From NCBI RefSeq assembly GCF_032444005.1, contig NC_091291.1:25358001-25422000 (forward strand): DNA of 64,000 nt, given 5' to 3'. Source of the DNA: Ranitomeya imitator (Eukaryota). The notes under the pieces were generated by a model. It saw only the letters and a list, made by a program, of their open reading frames with translations. It was not told the DNA's origin and searched no databases. Position numbers and translations under genes: made by a program. Below are positions 1-13,900 of this stretch, in pieces (position 1 is the stretch's first letter; every line of letters starts with the position of its first letter).

Positions 1-545
1 GCTAATTCCAAATTATTATTATTATAATTTAGAATAATGAATATTATTTAATAATAATCATATAGGTAGTTGAAAGAGCTAATTTCATATTATTATTAAT
101 ATTATTGTTATTCATTATTATTATAATAGTTTAGAATAACGAATAATAGTTAATATTCATATAAGCAGTTAAAAGAGCTCATTTCAAATTATTATTCACT
201 AATAATAATTATTCTTAATTATAATACTAGTTATTAATAATTAATAACAGTTAATAGCAATAAGTAAAAAAGCTAATTTCATATTACTAATAACAATAAT
301 TACTATCATTAATGGCAATACTAGTTTATAATAATTAATAACAGTTAATGATAATTGGATAAGTAGTAAAAATAGCCAATTTCATTTTTTATTATTATTG
401 GTATTATTATTATCATGAATACTGTTATTACTATTTATTGTTATTATTACTAGTATTAATAATAATAATAATAAATGATATATAATAATAATAATAGTAA
501 ATGATATATAATAATAAATGATAATAACATATAGTCATTCTTTTT
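1..545. repeat. AT-rich degenerate ~100-bp tandem repeat
   Basis: aaaagagctaatttcatatt-like motif recurs near 72, 170, 268 and 369. Confidence 0.55.
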
Positions 546-1054
546 ATTTTTGCTTTTCGCTTGTGATGGAGGACTCACCCCGGTCAGTCAGGACGGCTTG
601 TCATACCTTCTCCCAGTAGAGATGTGCTGCTCTGTGTGTGTCATGCCCGGTAACGCACCGACAGTACCAAGCGATACCACCCTCTGCACGAAACAAAGGA
701 CAAATAGACACAGAGCTGCGAGGATGGTCCCTCCGGACCGGCCTCCGGGCCCCTCACAACAGAGCTTTGTTAGGTCGGCACTTGACTCCTTTAACCCTTG
801 GCCCGTGCAGCAGATGATGGTTATGTCTTTTTCTTGTGGGAATATTGGTAAAATGTTCAACGTGCAAAGAAAATGCCGCAAAATGCCGACCATCGATAGC
901 GCTCTTCGCGAACACCAGGGTGTCCCATCGGGGCGTCCTCGGACATCGGCGGACCTTTCTCCACATCACACACGAGCCGCGAGCCCACGCCAGTGTTAGA
1001 GATGAGCGGATGACTACTGGGGGCGCTTGACGGGACCCTACACCCTCCTCTTAC

Positions 1055-1064
1055 CTGCCGCCAT
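1055..1064 (-). other. Candidate first exon (ATG GCG GCA G|GTAAGA) of an unidentified minus-strand gene running off the left edge
   Basis: CpG-rich context, CGGAAGTG ETS motif just upstream, strong donor. A possible second exon starts at 683 (tttgtttcgtgcag acceptor) with donors at 606 or 578. May be 5' UTR/uORF. Confidence 0.45.
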
Positions 1065-1222
1065 CCGCGGCTTCACTTCCGATTAGACGGCACAATGTCA
1101 TCATTGTGGTGTGACGCTGCGGATAACGGCAGATAGGAGGCGGCTCATGGGACTCCTGGAATACTGACCTGGCGGCTACTCCAGGGTCCTGCACGTTTAT
1201 TAGCTCATCACTTGCTTATATA

Positions 1223-2644
<1,422 letters not shown>

Positions 2645-5600
2645 TTACCACTCTGACCTCTTCTCTAGTCTTACAGACTGAGCTAATGTAAAAAAAAAAT
2701 GCAGCTGCATCCCCCTCCTCCTCTCCTGGCTCAGCTCATTTATCTTCTTGCTGCTACTTGAGCACCTCTGATCTATTCCATTTTCTCATCACTTTACCTC
2801 CTCTCCTCTCTCACAACATGCAGTCCCAGCTGATGAGAGAAAAACTGCAGCTGCATCCCCCTCCTACCCGCCTTTGCTCTTGCTGCACCTCCTATATGTC
2901 TCAGGTGTAATGTAAGGATCTGTGTTTTCAGCCAACCCATTTTCTTACCACTCTGACCTCTTCTACAGTCTTAAAGACTGAGCTAATATATAAAAAAAAC
3001 TGCATCTGCATCCCCCTCCTCCCCTCCTGACGTAACTTGTATCATTGTATTATATCTGAATTACATTCCTGTTTGGACAATCCTCTATTAGATGAATCAA
3101 TCTTTAAATTGATACTTTTTGCTTCCACTGATACATTTCTTCTGCTGTCAACTCATTATCTGGATATAAATGTATCAAAACGAAGATGATGCTATTCACT
3201 ATCAGCTAGTACTATTATCTGGAAATGTTGTACTTTTTTTCCCTAGTTTTCGATGTTGTTTTTTTTTTTTTTTTTGCCTGTTTTTTATTTGTGCCAAATT
3301 CTTCTTTAATTTTCACCTTTCATAAGTTTATTTTAGATTTCTTCATCTGTTTTTTTTTTTTTTTTTTTTACGTTCGACTTAGCCTTGTTTTTCCCACATT
3401 TGCAGCCGACTCATCAAAAAAGTTGCAAAATCTGACGCAAATGTACTCCCGGCATTTTACATATGCCTGGAGTTTTTGCACATATTTAGAGTACCGTAAT
3501 ATGCGCCAAATAAATAAACAAAAATAAAGAACACAAAATTAACAAACCACGTGCGTCAATTTGAAGAATTCGGGGTAAAATAATGTCAACGAAGACAAAA
3601 ATTAATCAAAAATTCGGAATGTTTTCTAAAAGTAAAACTTCTTAAAAATGTTTGTTTTTTTTTTGTAAATTTTGGCGTCTTTTCTAACTTTTTGGAATGC
3701 GGGCGGAACTTGGCAATCGGAAGAAATGTATCAAATTTTCTGCGGAAAACTGTCAGAAATTAGGGCAGAAATGTACTTTCAATCCCCGGCTTGGCTTTGC
3801 CTAACGATGTACCAAATTAATTAAGAAGCTCGCACTTTCGGATAAATTCGGCGCGTTCTGCATCGAGACTGGCGCACGGAGCGCCATCGTATATCAGAAA
3901 GTTTCAGAATGTCGGGGGAAAAAAAAAGTTTTTTGTTTTTTTTTAGTTGTTTACAACTGGTTATATTTGTTCTACACATTCCGAGATCCTTCTGTCTAAT
4001 TAGTGACACGTTTCCTTTATTTTCTATCCCTTGTAACGAGGCTGATTTTTAGGGAAGCCGGACGGCGGCCTCTGCAGAACCTCTTGGATGGAGAGCAGTT
4101 TTGCCAGGGGCGGCCATATAAGTCATACTGTACATATTTGTGACAGGTCACAGTCCTGGTTGTGTCTGTCACAGCCGGGGGCCGCAATGCAAGTGTGTAA
4201 ATCACCTAAACAAAGGGTGGGATTATTAATCCGGGGGCCATGAGTCACAAACATTAGTCATTGGGAGCGAAGATCTGCAGGGACATCATCAATGGACTGT
4301 ATGATACACACAGCCGGCGGCCACAACGGCTCATTGTCCGGGGAGCCATGCAGAAATCTACTCATCTGGACCAAACCAATGACATCTCCAGCATCGGCAC
4401 TAGATTAATTCTCAGTTACATAGACGTTATATCAAATTCAGATCCAACCTCTCGGAAGGGAATTAATAATAATTTTTTTTTTTTTTTTTTTACATCAGTT
4501 TTCTTTTTGTATCTTTTGACTTTTTTTTTTCTCCAAGTTTTAGACGAACGGTTCATTCATTTTGAGCAAAGTAAAAAAAAATTTATTTTTATTTTTGCAT
4601 TTATTGCTAAAATATTGCAATAATTTGCGTTTTAGAAAATTTCAGACGTGCAAAGGAATAAAAAAAAAAAAAAAAAAAATCACTCGTTAAGGGGGGGGGG
4701 GGGGGGGAAGGGGAGGAAGTGACGATTGCGCAAAAAAAATGCAGCAACTTTTTTAAAAAGTTACAATTGATGAATCATCTGGAAGTTCCGAACTTCGTTA
4801 GCAATGACAAGCGTAAAAGATTACATAAACGTGTAAAATAAAATAAAAAATAAAGAAATTAGAATAACGCACAAATGAAAAACAGGAACAAGAAGCACAA
4901 GGCGAGAAAGGTGCAAATGCAATAGTGAATATGTTCTGAATTCGGTACCAAAGGGTTAAAATAATGGCTGAAGCATCAGGTTCCGGTTACTTAGCGTTTA
5001 TTACGTCAGCTCCTGAATAATGCAGACACCCAGGCAGGTGATACTGCGAGCCCCGAACGCCACAGGGTTGGATTTTTTTCTTTTTTGCAAAATTGAAGGG
5101 GCTTTCTAATGAAGACAAACCCAGTCCGTGTGCATTATTAGGGTTAAAGTGCTTGAAAATGGGAGGTGATCCCTTTAATGAGTCAGGAAAGAGCCACAAC
5201 CAAAGTTATAAAGGACTCATGAAAACGAGTGCCAGGAAATACTATAATTCTTACTTTACCTGACCGCAGGGGCGTTTTTTAAATGATAGAAAAGGGTCTG
5301 ATTTTTATCTAATATCTTGATCTTACATTCTGATTACTTTCTTAAGATTTCTTTACAGCAATCAGAAATTTGCTTTTCCCATACAGAGCTCCAAATCTAC
5401 AATATTGCGGCTTCCTGAAGTCACCACTAGAGGGAGCATAGGAGTTACTGCATACAGTGTTGCTATTGAGCTCAATGTACAAGTTGTCTACAGTGTGCTC
5501 CCTCTAGTGGTGGCTGTGAGAAAGCACAATTGTATCTTTTAAAGTTGTTTATTTGGGAACTGTTATGGCAATAAGCTGAATAATGTGGATCTGGCACAAA

Positions 5601-5811
5601 AATACACTACAAGGCTAATGTGATGTCGGTGCTGGTTAATAGCTCACTGTCCAGTCCCCGATGGTCGGAGGCCTCCATAAAAGGTGCACCTTACTTCTAA
5701 ATGGGTTCAACGTATGCATTGACTTCAATGGTGAAGGCCCATAAAGTCAAACCAATCCTTCCTATGGAACACAGAACTTAAATAATAAGGCAGAACATTG
5801 ATTTCTGGGAT

Positions 5812-5817
5812 TTTATT
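5812..5817 (-). terminator. Polyadenylation signal (AATAAA) of the FAM187B-like gene
   Basis: tttatt on the plus strand ~30 nt past the stop codon. Confidence 0.55.
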
Positions 5818-5844
5818 GACAACATTCCAGAATATTCTTTGGTC

Positions 5845-6178
5845 TTAATGAATCTGACGCTCGGAGGTGTCCTTGCAGACCTGGAATATGCTTAGAAAGA
5901 AAAGGAACCCGAGGAAAATGAACAGACCGAACATGATGGACTCAGTGAGAGAAGAACGTGAGGGCTCCGAGGTGACGCTGAGATCATATATGGTCACACG
6001 GAACTGCCCCACCAGCCTCTGCTCCACGTAACACCTGTAGGTGCCCTCATCGGATTTATTGAAGAGAGGAATCGACAAGGTCCCTCCTCCGGTCGTCGCG
6101 TCCAGGATGTAGGAAGAGTTCTTCGTCATCTGTATTAATCGTGTAAAAGTAGTGTTTCTGTGTTCCCAGGACACGGCT
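5845..6178 (-). CDS. FAM187B: FAM187B-like coding exon 2 (Ig C-terminal half, TM, short tail)
   Basis: Acceptor ttacacccacag; frame continues AVSWEH...QIH*. Confidence 0.85.
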
Positions 6179-9100
6179 CTGTGGGTGTAAACATTACAAG
6201 GTGTAATATGCAAAGAGGGCATGATATAATGGAAGCAGAGCCTGCCCTTCGACCCTCTTATTTTTTCTGTAATATTTAATTACAGCCCAATCCCTATCTT
6301 TAGCCCTAAACGTAGCCCTAACCCTCGTCCTATTCCCAACCCTCAGCATAACCTTAGCCCTAACCCTAGTGTTATCCCTAACCCTAAATCTCACCTTAGT
6401 TCTAATCCTAGTCCTATTCCCAACCCTCAGCATAACCTTAGCCCTATCCTAACCTTAGCCCTAACCCTATTCCTATTCCCAACCCTCAGCATAACCTTAG
6501 CCCTAACCCTAGTGTTATCCCTAACCCTAAATCTAACATTAGTTCTAACCCTAGTCCTATTCCCAACCATCAGCATAACCTTAGCTCTACCCTAACCTTA
6601 GCCCTAACCCTCGTCCTATTCCCAACCCTCAGCATAACCTTAGCCCTAACCCTAGTCCTATTCCTAACCCTCAGCATAACCTTAGCCCTACCCTAACCTT
6701 AGCCCTAACCCTATTCCCAACCCTCAGCATAACCTTAGCCCTACCCTAACCTTAGCCCTAACCCTATTCCTATTCCCAACCCTCAGCATTACCTTAGCCC
6801 TAACCCTATTCCTAACCTTAGCCCTAACCATAGTATTATCCCTAACTTTAAATCTAACCTTAGTTCTATCCCTAGTCCTATTCCCAACCCTCAGCATAAC
6901 CTTAGCCCTACCCTTACCTTAGCCCTAACCCTATACCTATTCCCAACATTAGCCCTAACCCTAGTATTATCCCTAACTCTAAGTATAACCTAATTTCTAA
7001 CCCTAGTCCTATTTCTAACCCCAAGCCTAACCATAGCCTTAACCCTAGTCTTATTCCTAAACCTAACCATAGCCTTAACTCCAGTACTATTCCTAAACCT
7101 ATAATTATCTCTAAGCATATCCCTATTCTATTCCTAACCTAGCCATAGTCGTAAAACTTAAATTAGTCTCAACCTTAGACCTTTTCCTAAACATAAGCCT
7201 AACCCTAGGCATAATCCTAGACAGACACAAAAATACCGCGCTATAAACCGCCCCACTACAGAGGCTACCAATGCATAAATACCCTATGGTATATATAAAA
7301 AACCAACTGGCTGCGGACCAGAGGTAAAAGTAAAAAATACAGTGCACGCTTGTATAAAGTACCTATTGGCGCCTGGTTCCACAATATAATCTAGCTCCAA
7401 CAATAGTTACTCTCACCTACCTACTTAGGGGTAGAGGATTAACTGATTCAGCCGCAGGATAGATGTGGCCGGCGTACAGGGGTCCCGTATCGTCCTTATA
7501 CAGCGGGTAGGACGGAGGAGATGCTTGGCTGCAGGGTAGATGTGGCCGGCGTGCAGGGTTGCCGCGCCGCTCTTGCACAGCGGGTAGGACGGAGAAGATG
7601 TGGGCAGTGCAGAGCCAGAGGCGCCCCGGCCGGAAGCGTCCCTGGATGCACGCAGGGAACAGGAAGGTGGCCGATACCAATCGGCCGCTCGACCTGGCAG
7701 TGACGTCACTAGTGCTACGGGAGCAGCAGAGGGTCAGAATAAACCAACGCGTTTCGAGGTGGGACGCACCTCTTCGTCCCCTGCGTGCATCCAGGGACGC
7801 TTCCGGCCGGGGCGCCTCTGGCTCTGCACTGCCCACATCTTCTCCGTCCTACCCGCTGTGCAAGAGCGGCGCGGCAACCCTGTACGCCGGCCACATCTAT
7901 CCTGCGGCCAAGCATTTCCTCCGTCCTACCTGCTGTATAAGGACGATACGGGATCCCTGCACGTCGGCCACATCTACCCTGCGGCTGAAGCAGTTAATCC
8001 TCTACCCCTAAGTAGGTAGGTGAGAGTAACTATTGTTGGAGCTAGATTATATTGTGGAACCAGGCGCCAATAGGTGCTTTATACAAGCGTGCACTGTATC
8101 TTTTACTTTTACCTCTGGTCCGCAGCCAGTTGGTTTTTTATATATACCATAGGGTATTTATGCATTGGTAGCCTCTGTAGTGGGGCGGTTTATAGAGTGG
8201 TATTTTTGTGTCTGTCTATTGTTATTTATTCTACCGACAGAGGTCGGCACAACCCCTGTCTAAATACCAGCTGCTTTCCTTTAGCTTTCATTTTTTCTTT
8301 TCCCTTCCACCTCCTGGATTCATATCAGTGCAGCGCCAGTGTGGTCATTGGTTGAGTATACCTAGGCATAATCCTATTCCTAACCCCAAATTGAACCTTA
8401 GCACTAAACCTTATATTAGTCTTTACCTTAGTTCTTTTCTGAAACATAAGCCTAATCTTAACCCTAACCCTAGTCCTAAATTTAAATCTAATCTTAGCCC
8501 TCACCCTAGTCCTATCCCCAACCCTAACCCTAACCCTAGCTTTAACCATAGTATGATTCCTGAACATAACCTTAGTCCTAAACCAAAGCCTATTCCGAAA
8601 CCGAACATTATCCCTAAACATAGCCCTAACCCTAGTCCTGTTCCTAACCTTAGCCTTAACTCTAGTCCTATTCCCAAATCTAAGCCTAACCATAGCCATA
8701 ACCACAGAATTATTCCTAAACCTAACCTTAGTTCTAAACATTATCCCTAACCATATCCCTACCCCTATCCTATTCCTAATCTAACCTTAGCCCTAAACTT
8801 TAAATTAGTCTTAACTTTAGAACTTTTCCTAAACAAAACCCTAACCTTAGCCCTAACCCTATTTCTATTCCTAACCCCAAACCTTACCTTAGTCTTAACC
8901 TTAGTCCTTTTCAGAAACATAAGCCTAACCACAGCCCTAGTCCTAAATGTAAACCTAAGCATAGCCCTAACGCTAGTTCTATTTCTAACCCTAACCTTAG
9001 CTCTAATCCTAGTTTTAGTCAGAGAAATTAAAACCATTTTTAAATCAGCTCTAAAGACAGTATTGAATCCGGCGCACGGTCTTTATTCATGAGCTGCCAA

Positions 9101-10266
9101 TCTTCTGTTATCTCAGTCGCTGCTTATGTGTCGCGCAGAGGAGGAGAAGAGCTTGTCATCAGCTGCTGCGCTCTGCATAGGCAGCAACCCGAGATGAAAA
9201 AGTGCACTTCATTATACTGAGAACTTTAACATCTTGGTTGCTGCCTATGCAGAGTGCAGCACTCGATAACAAGCTCATCTCCATGGCTGTACACTTCATA
9301 GACAGGGCAAGGAGAAATTTTGTGCACCTCTGAGCCCCTTAATGATTTGCCACTGCATAGACCACCACCAATGTGGTGTCAAAGTATTTTTTGTGGAATT
9401 CGACTTCCCAATCCATGGTAAACAGAAGGCTTTCTACTTCTTACTTACTCGTAGATCGAAGCCATTGGACACTTAAGCAAGACGTCAGCGTGGAGATACG
9501 TGCGATAGTTGTCTATGACCATCATGAAGTCTTCATCCTCGGTAGGCACGATCTCATTACAAGCCTCCGTACAAATCTTAATCCATAGCTCAGGTTTATG
9601 TAGAGACCGAATCTGACTATTATTGGATTGCGAAAATCCACACGGCCGGGGCTTCTCTATAACGAAGGATTTTCTTGTGATTGTAACGTAGCAAAACCCA
9701 AGTCTCTTCATTTCCCCCGGCATCCCGCACCGGTCACAGAGCTGCCAATCGTTCCATACGGTGAACATCTGCGCAATGCCCACCTCACCCAGGTCTACGG
9801 TGTGGTTGGGTTGGACACTTTGGCCCAAAGAGACATGTGAGATGTAGATGTTCGTGGTGTCCTGGAAATCAATTTCGTAAGAAGCCAGAAGTCTCCTTTC
9901 ATATTTACAGGCGTAGATTCCCGAGTCCTCCACTCTAGGGGACAGGAGCTGGAGATTTCCGGATTCTATCTCAGACCTTGAGATCAGATCCAAGACCTTC
10001 ATATGCTCTTGCCGGTTGAGATTATCCGTAGGCGTGGAACCGCTACTTTGTCTGAAAGTCAATGCCTGTGTGTTGGGCTTGTTCCATTCAAGGTATTGCC
10101 ATTGCACAAGGGCGTTTTCAGGTCGGTCTCCACATTTTAGAGTTATGGTATTGTAAGAAGCAAATACGGTTCTACAAGGTTGTTGAGCCGGACAAAACAC
10201 AGTTTTGGCAGATGCTTTCTTACGCAGTAGGATCCCCAAAAATAAAGTGAGGGGCACTAGGTTCAT
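5845..10266 (-). CDS. FAM187B: FAM187B-like Ig-domain type I membrane protein, 2 exons: complement(join(5845..6178,9449..10266)), 383 aa
   Basis: Exon 1 has a signal peptide, a V-type Ig domain (C...W...DSGIYAC) and a WNDWQLCDRCG motif, and ends GA|GTAAGT at 9449. Exon 2 starts cacag|A at 6178 and encodes a second Ig half (DEGTYRC), a hydrophobic TM (IMFGLFIFLGFLFFLSIF) and a stop at 5845. Phases match (818+334=1152 nt). The 2-exon, head-to-head position upstream of LSR matches mammalian FAM187B as I recall it. Confidence 0.85.
6290..7219 (+). repeat. Degenerate CCTAAC/CCCTAA-rich (telomere-like) repeat, left part
   Basis: Repeated accctaaccctag / ttagccctaaccc units. Confidence 0.85.
7220..8360. 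mobile_element. Non-autonomous Penelope-like insertion: ~440-bp inverted arms, spacer with truncated hammerhead-like motif, unique tail, 16-bp TSD
   Basis: Arms ~7220-7657 and ~7778-8217; TSD cctaggcataatccta at 7204-7219 and 8361-8376; GACGAAGAGGTG-loop-CACCTCGAAACGCGT on the minus strand ending at 7777. Confidence 0.7.
8361..9015 (+). repeat. Degenerate CCTAAC/CCCTAA-rich repeat, right part
   Basis: Continuation of the array split by the insertion. Confidence 0.85.
9148..9278. repeat. Short inverted repeat (hairpin/MITE remnant)
   Basis: gagcttgtcatc...ctctgcataggcagcaacc versus ggttgctgcctatgcagag...gataacaagctc. Confidence 0.6.
9449..10266 (-). CDS. FAM187B: FAM187B-like coding exon 1
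   Basis: ORF MNLVPLTLFLG...CPMASIY; phase-2 donor GTAAGT. Confidence 0.85.
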
Positions 10267-10500
10267 TGATCTGGATGGGTATTATCACTAGTGTGTGCCG
10301 GACAGATCGTCTGCTCTTCCACCATGGACGAGGCGGAACCAATGAGGTCATAAAACACAAAGATTCCATCAGAATCAAAGATGATTGTTGACTACCACAG
10401 CTAGGCGGAGTGGTCAGACGTGCTCTTCTAGGAGAGAGCATGCTCAGCTGTTTCTGTGTCTTTCACAAAGATTTATAACTTCTCCAAAACTCTATAAAAT

Positions 10501-10671
10501 TCCTCATCGAAGCCTTCAAAAGCATACAACTCCTCATTGTGGCCTTCAAAAGCATACAACTCCTCATCGTGGCCTTCAAAAGCATACAACTCCTCATCGT
10601 GGCCTTCAAAAGCATACAACTCCTCATCGTGGCCTTCAAAAGCATACAACTCCTCATTGTGGCCTTCAAAA
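10501..10671 (+). repeat. 30-bp tandem repeat (~5.7 copies)
   Basis: tcctcatcgtggccttcaaaagcatacaac repeated. Confidence 0.9.
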
Positions 10672-10964
10672 TTTACCAAGAATGTCTAATACCGGAGAAC
10701 CTGTCCTGTCCTATATTCCACAAAAAGCCTATTGATATGAATGGACAATGTGCAACACCTAATTTCACCTGTGGTGGCGCTGTAGGAAAACTGAAAATGT
10801 ACTGCCATGTGTCCCCACAGAATACAGGGATCTATGTCTGCTAATTTCCTCCCCAACTCAAGTTCTGCCACAATCGCATTTTGCTTGCAACTTTGTGTTG
10901 CCAAGAGCTCAATAAATAAAAATTTGTGTTTGTCTGTTTCTACCATGTATCCAATGGATCATTA

Positions 10965-13900
10965 CAGGTGTGTATGATCAGTACAGGTGTATATGATCAG
11001 TACAGGGGTATATGATCAGTACAGGGGTATATGATCGGTACAGGGGTATATGATCGGTACTGGTGTATATGATCGGTACTGGTGTATATGGTCGGTACTG
11101 GTGTATATGGTCGGTACAGGGGTATATGGTCGGTACAGGGGTATATGGTCGGTACAGGGGTATATGGTCAGTACAGGGGTATATGGTCAGTACAGGGGTA
11201 TATATGGTCAGTACAGGGGTATATATGGTCAGTACAGGGGTATATATGGTCAGTACAGGGGTATATATGGTCAGTACAGGGGTATATATGGTCAGTACAG
11301 GGGTATATATGGTCAGTACAGGGGTATATATGGTCAGTACAGGGGTATATATGGTCAGTACCGGGGTATATATGGTCAGTACCGGGGTATATATGGTCAG
11401 TACAGGGGTATATGGTCAGTACAGGGGTATATGGTCAGTACAGGGGTATATGGTCAGTACAGGGGTATATATGATCAGTACAGGGGTATATATGGTCAGT
11501 ACAGGGGTATATGGTCAGTACAGGGGTATATGGTCAGTACAGGGGTATATGGTCAGTACAGGGGTATATGGTCAGTACAGGGGTATATGGTCAGTACAGG
11601 TCAGTACAGGTGTATATGATCAGTACAGGGGTATATGGTCAGTACAGGGGTATATGGTCAGTACAGGGGTATATGGTCAGTACAGGGGTATATGGTCAGT
11701 ACAGGTCAGTACAGGTGTATATGATCAGTACAGGTATATATGGTCAGTACAGGGGTATATGGTCAGAACAGGGGTATATGGTCGGTACAGGGGTATATGA
11801 TCAGTACAGGGGTATATGGTCAGTACAGGGGTATATGGTCAGTACAGGTCAGTACAGGTATATATGATCAGTACAGGGGTATATGGTCAGTACAGGGGTA
11901 TATGGTCAGTACAGGTGTATATGATCTGTACAGGGGTATATATGATCAGTACAGGGTATATGATCAGTACAGGGGTATATGGTCAGTACAGGGGTATATG
12001 GTCAGTACAGGGGTATATGGTCAGTACAGGTTAGTACAGGTGTATATGATCAGTACAGGGGTATATGGTCAGTACAGGGGTATATGGTCAGTACAGGTCA
12101 GTACAGGTGTATATGGTCAGTACAGGGGTATATGATCAGTACAGGGGTATATGGTCAGTACAGGGGTATATGGTCAGTACAGGGGTATATGGTCAGTACA
12201 TGGGTATATGGTCAGTACAGGTGTATATGGTCAGTACAGGGGTATATGGTCAGTACAGGGGTATATGGTCAGTACAGGGGTATATGGTCAGTACAGGGGT
12301 ATATGATCAGTACAGGGGTATATGGCCAGTACAGGTATATGGCCAGTACAGGTATATATGGTCAGTACAGGGGTATATGGTCAGTACAGGTGTATATGGT
12401 CAGTACAGGTTAGTACAGGTGTATATGATCAGTACAGGGGTATATGGCCAGTACAGGGGTATATGGCCAGTACAGGTATATATGGTCAGTACAGGTATAT
12501 ATGGTCAGTACAGGTGTATATGGTCAGTACAGGGGTATATATGGTCAGTACAGGGGTATATATGGTCAGTACAGGGGTATATATGGTCAGTACAGGGGTA
12601 TATGGTCAGTACAGGGGTATATGGTCAGTACAGGTGTATATGGTCAGTACAGGGGTATATATGGTCAGTACAGGTGTATATGGTCAGTACAGGTGTATAT
12701 GGTCAGTACAGGTATATATGGTCAGTACAGGTGTATATATGGTCAGTACAGGTGTATATATGGTCAGTACAGGTGTATATGGTCAGTACAGGGGTATATA
12801 TGGTCAGTACAGGGGTATATGGTCAGTACAGGGGTATATATGGTCAGTACAGGGGTATATATGGTCAGTACAGGTATATATGGTCAGTACAGGTGTATAT
12901 ATGGTCAGTACAGGTGTATATGGTCAGTACAGGGGTATATGGTCAGTACAGGGGTATATGGTCAGTACAGGGGTATATATGGTCAGTACAGGTGTATATG
13001 GTCAGTACAGGTGTATATGGTCAGTACAGGTGTATATGGTCAGTACAGGGGTATATATGGTCAGTACAGGTGTATATGGTCAGTACAGGGGTATATGGTC
13101 AGTACAGGGGTATATGGTCAGTACAGGGGTATATATGGTCAGTACAGGTGTATATGGTCAGTACAGGTGTATATGGTCAGTACAGGGGTATATATGGTCA
13201 GTACAGGTGTATATGGTCAGTACAGGGGTATATGATCAGTACAGGTGTATATGGTCAGTACAGGTTAGTACAGGTGTATATGATCAGTACAGGGGTATAT
13301 GGTCAGTACAGGTGTATATGGTCAGTACAGGTGTATATGGTCAGTACAGGGGTATATATGGTCAGTACAGGGGTATATGGTCAGTACAGGGGTATATGGT
13401 CAGTACAGGGGTATATATGGTCAGTACAGGTGTATATGGTCAGTACAGGTGTATATGGTCAGTACAGGGGTATATATGGTCAGTACAGGGGTATATATGG
13501 TCAGTACAGGTGTATATGGTCAGTACAGGGGTATATGATCAGTACAGGTGTATATGGTCAGTACAGGTTAGTACAGGTGTATATGATCAGTACAGGGGTA
13601 TATGGCCAGTACAGGTGTATATGGTCAGTACAGGTGTATATGGTCAGTACAGGTGTATATGGTCAGTACAGGGGTATATATGGTCAGTACAGGGGTATAT
13701 ATGGTCAGTACAGGGGTATATATGGTCAGTACAGGGGTATATATGGTCAGTACAGGTGTATATGGTCAGTACAGGGGTATATATGGTCAGTACAGGTTAG
13801 TACAGGTGTATATGATCAGTACAGGGGTATATGGCCAGTACAGGTATATATGGTCAGTACAGGTGTATATGGTCAGTACAGGTGTATATGGTCAGTACAG

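Noticed and set aside
3200-4960. T-rich/A-rich segments with partial inverted similarity and short hydrophobic ORFs
   Set aside because: Low-complexity decayed repeat; no clear termini or splice-supported exon.
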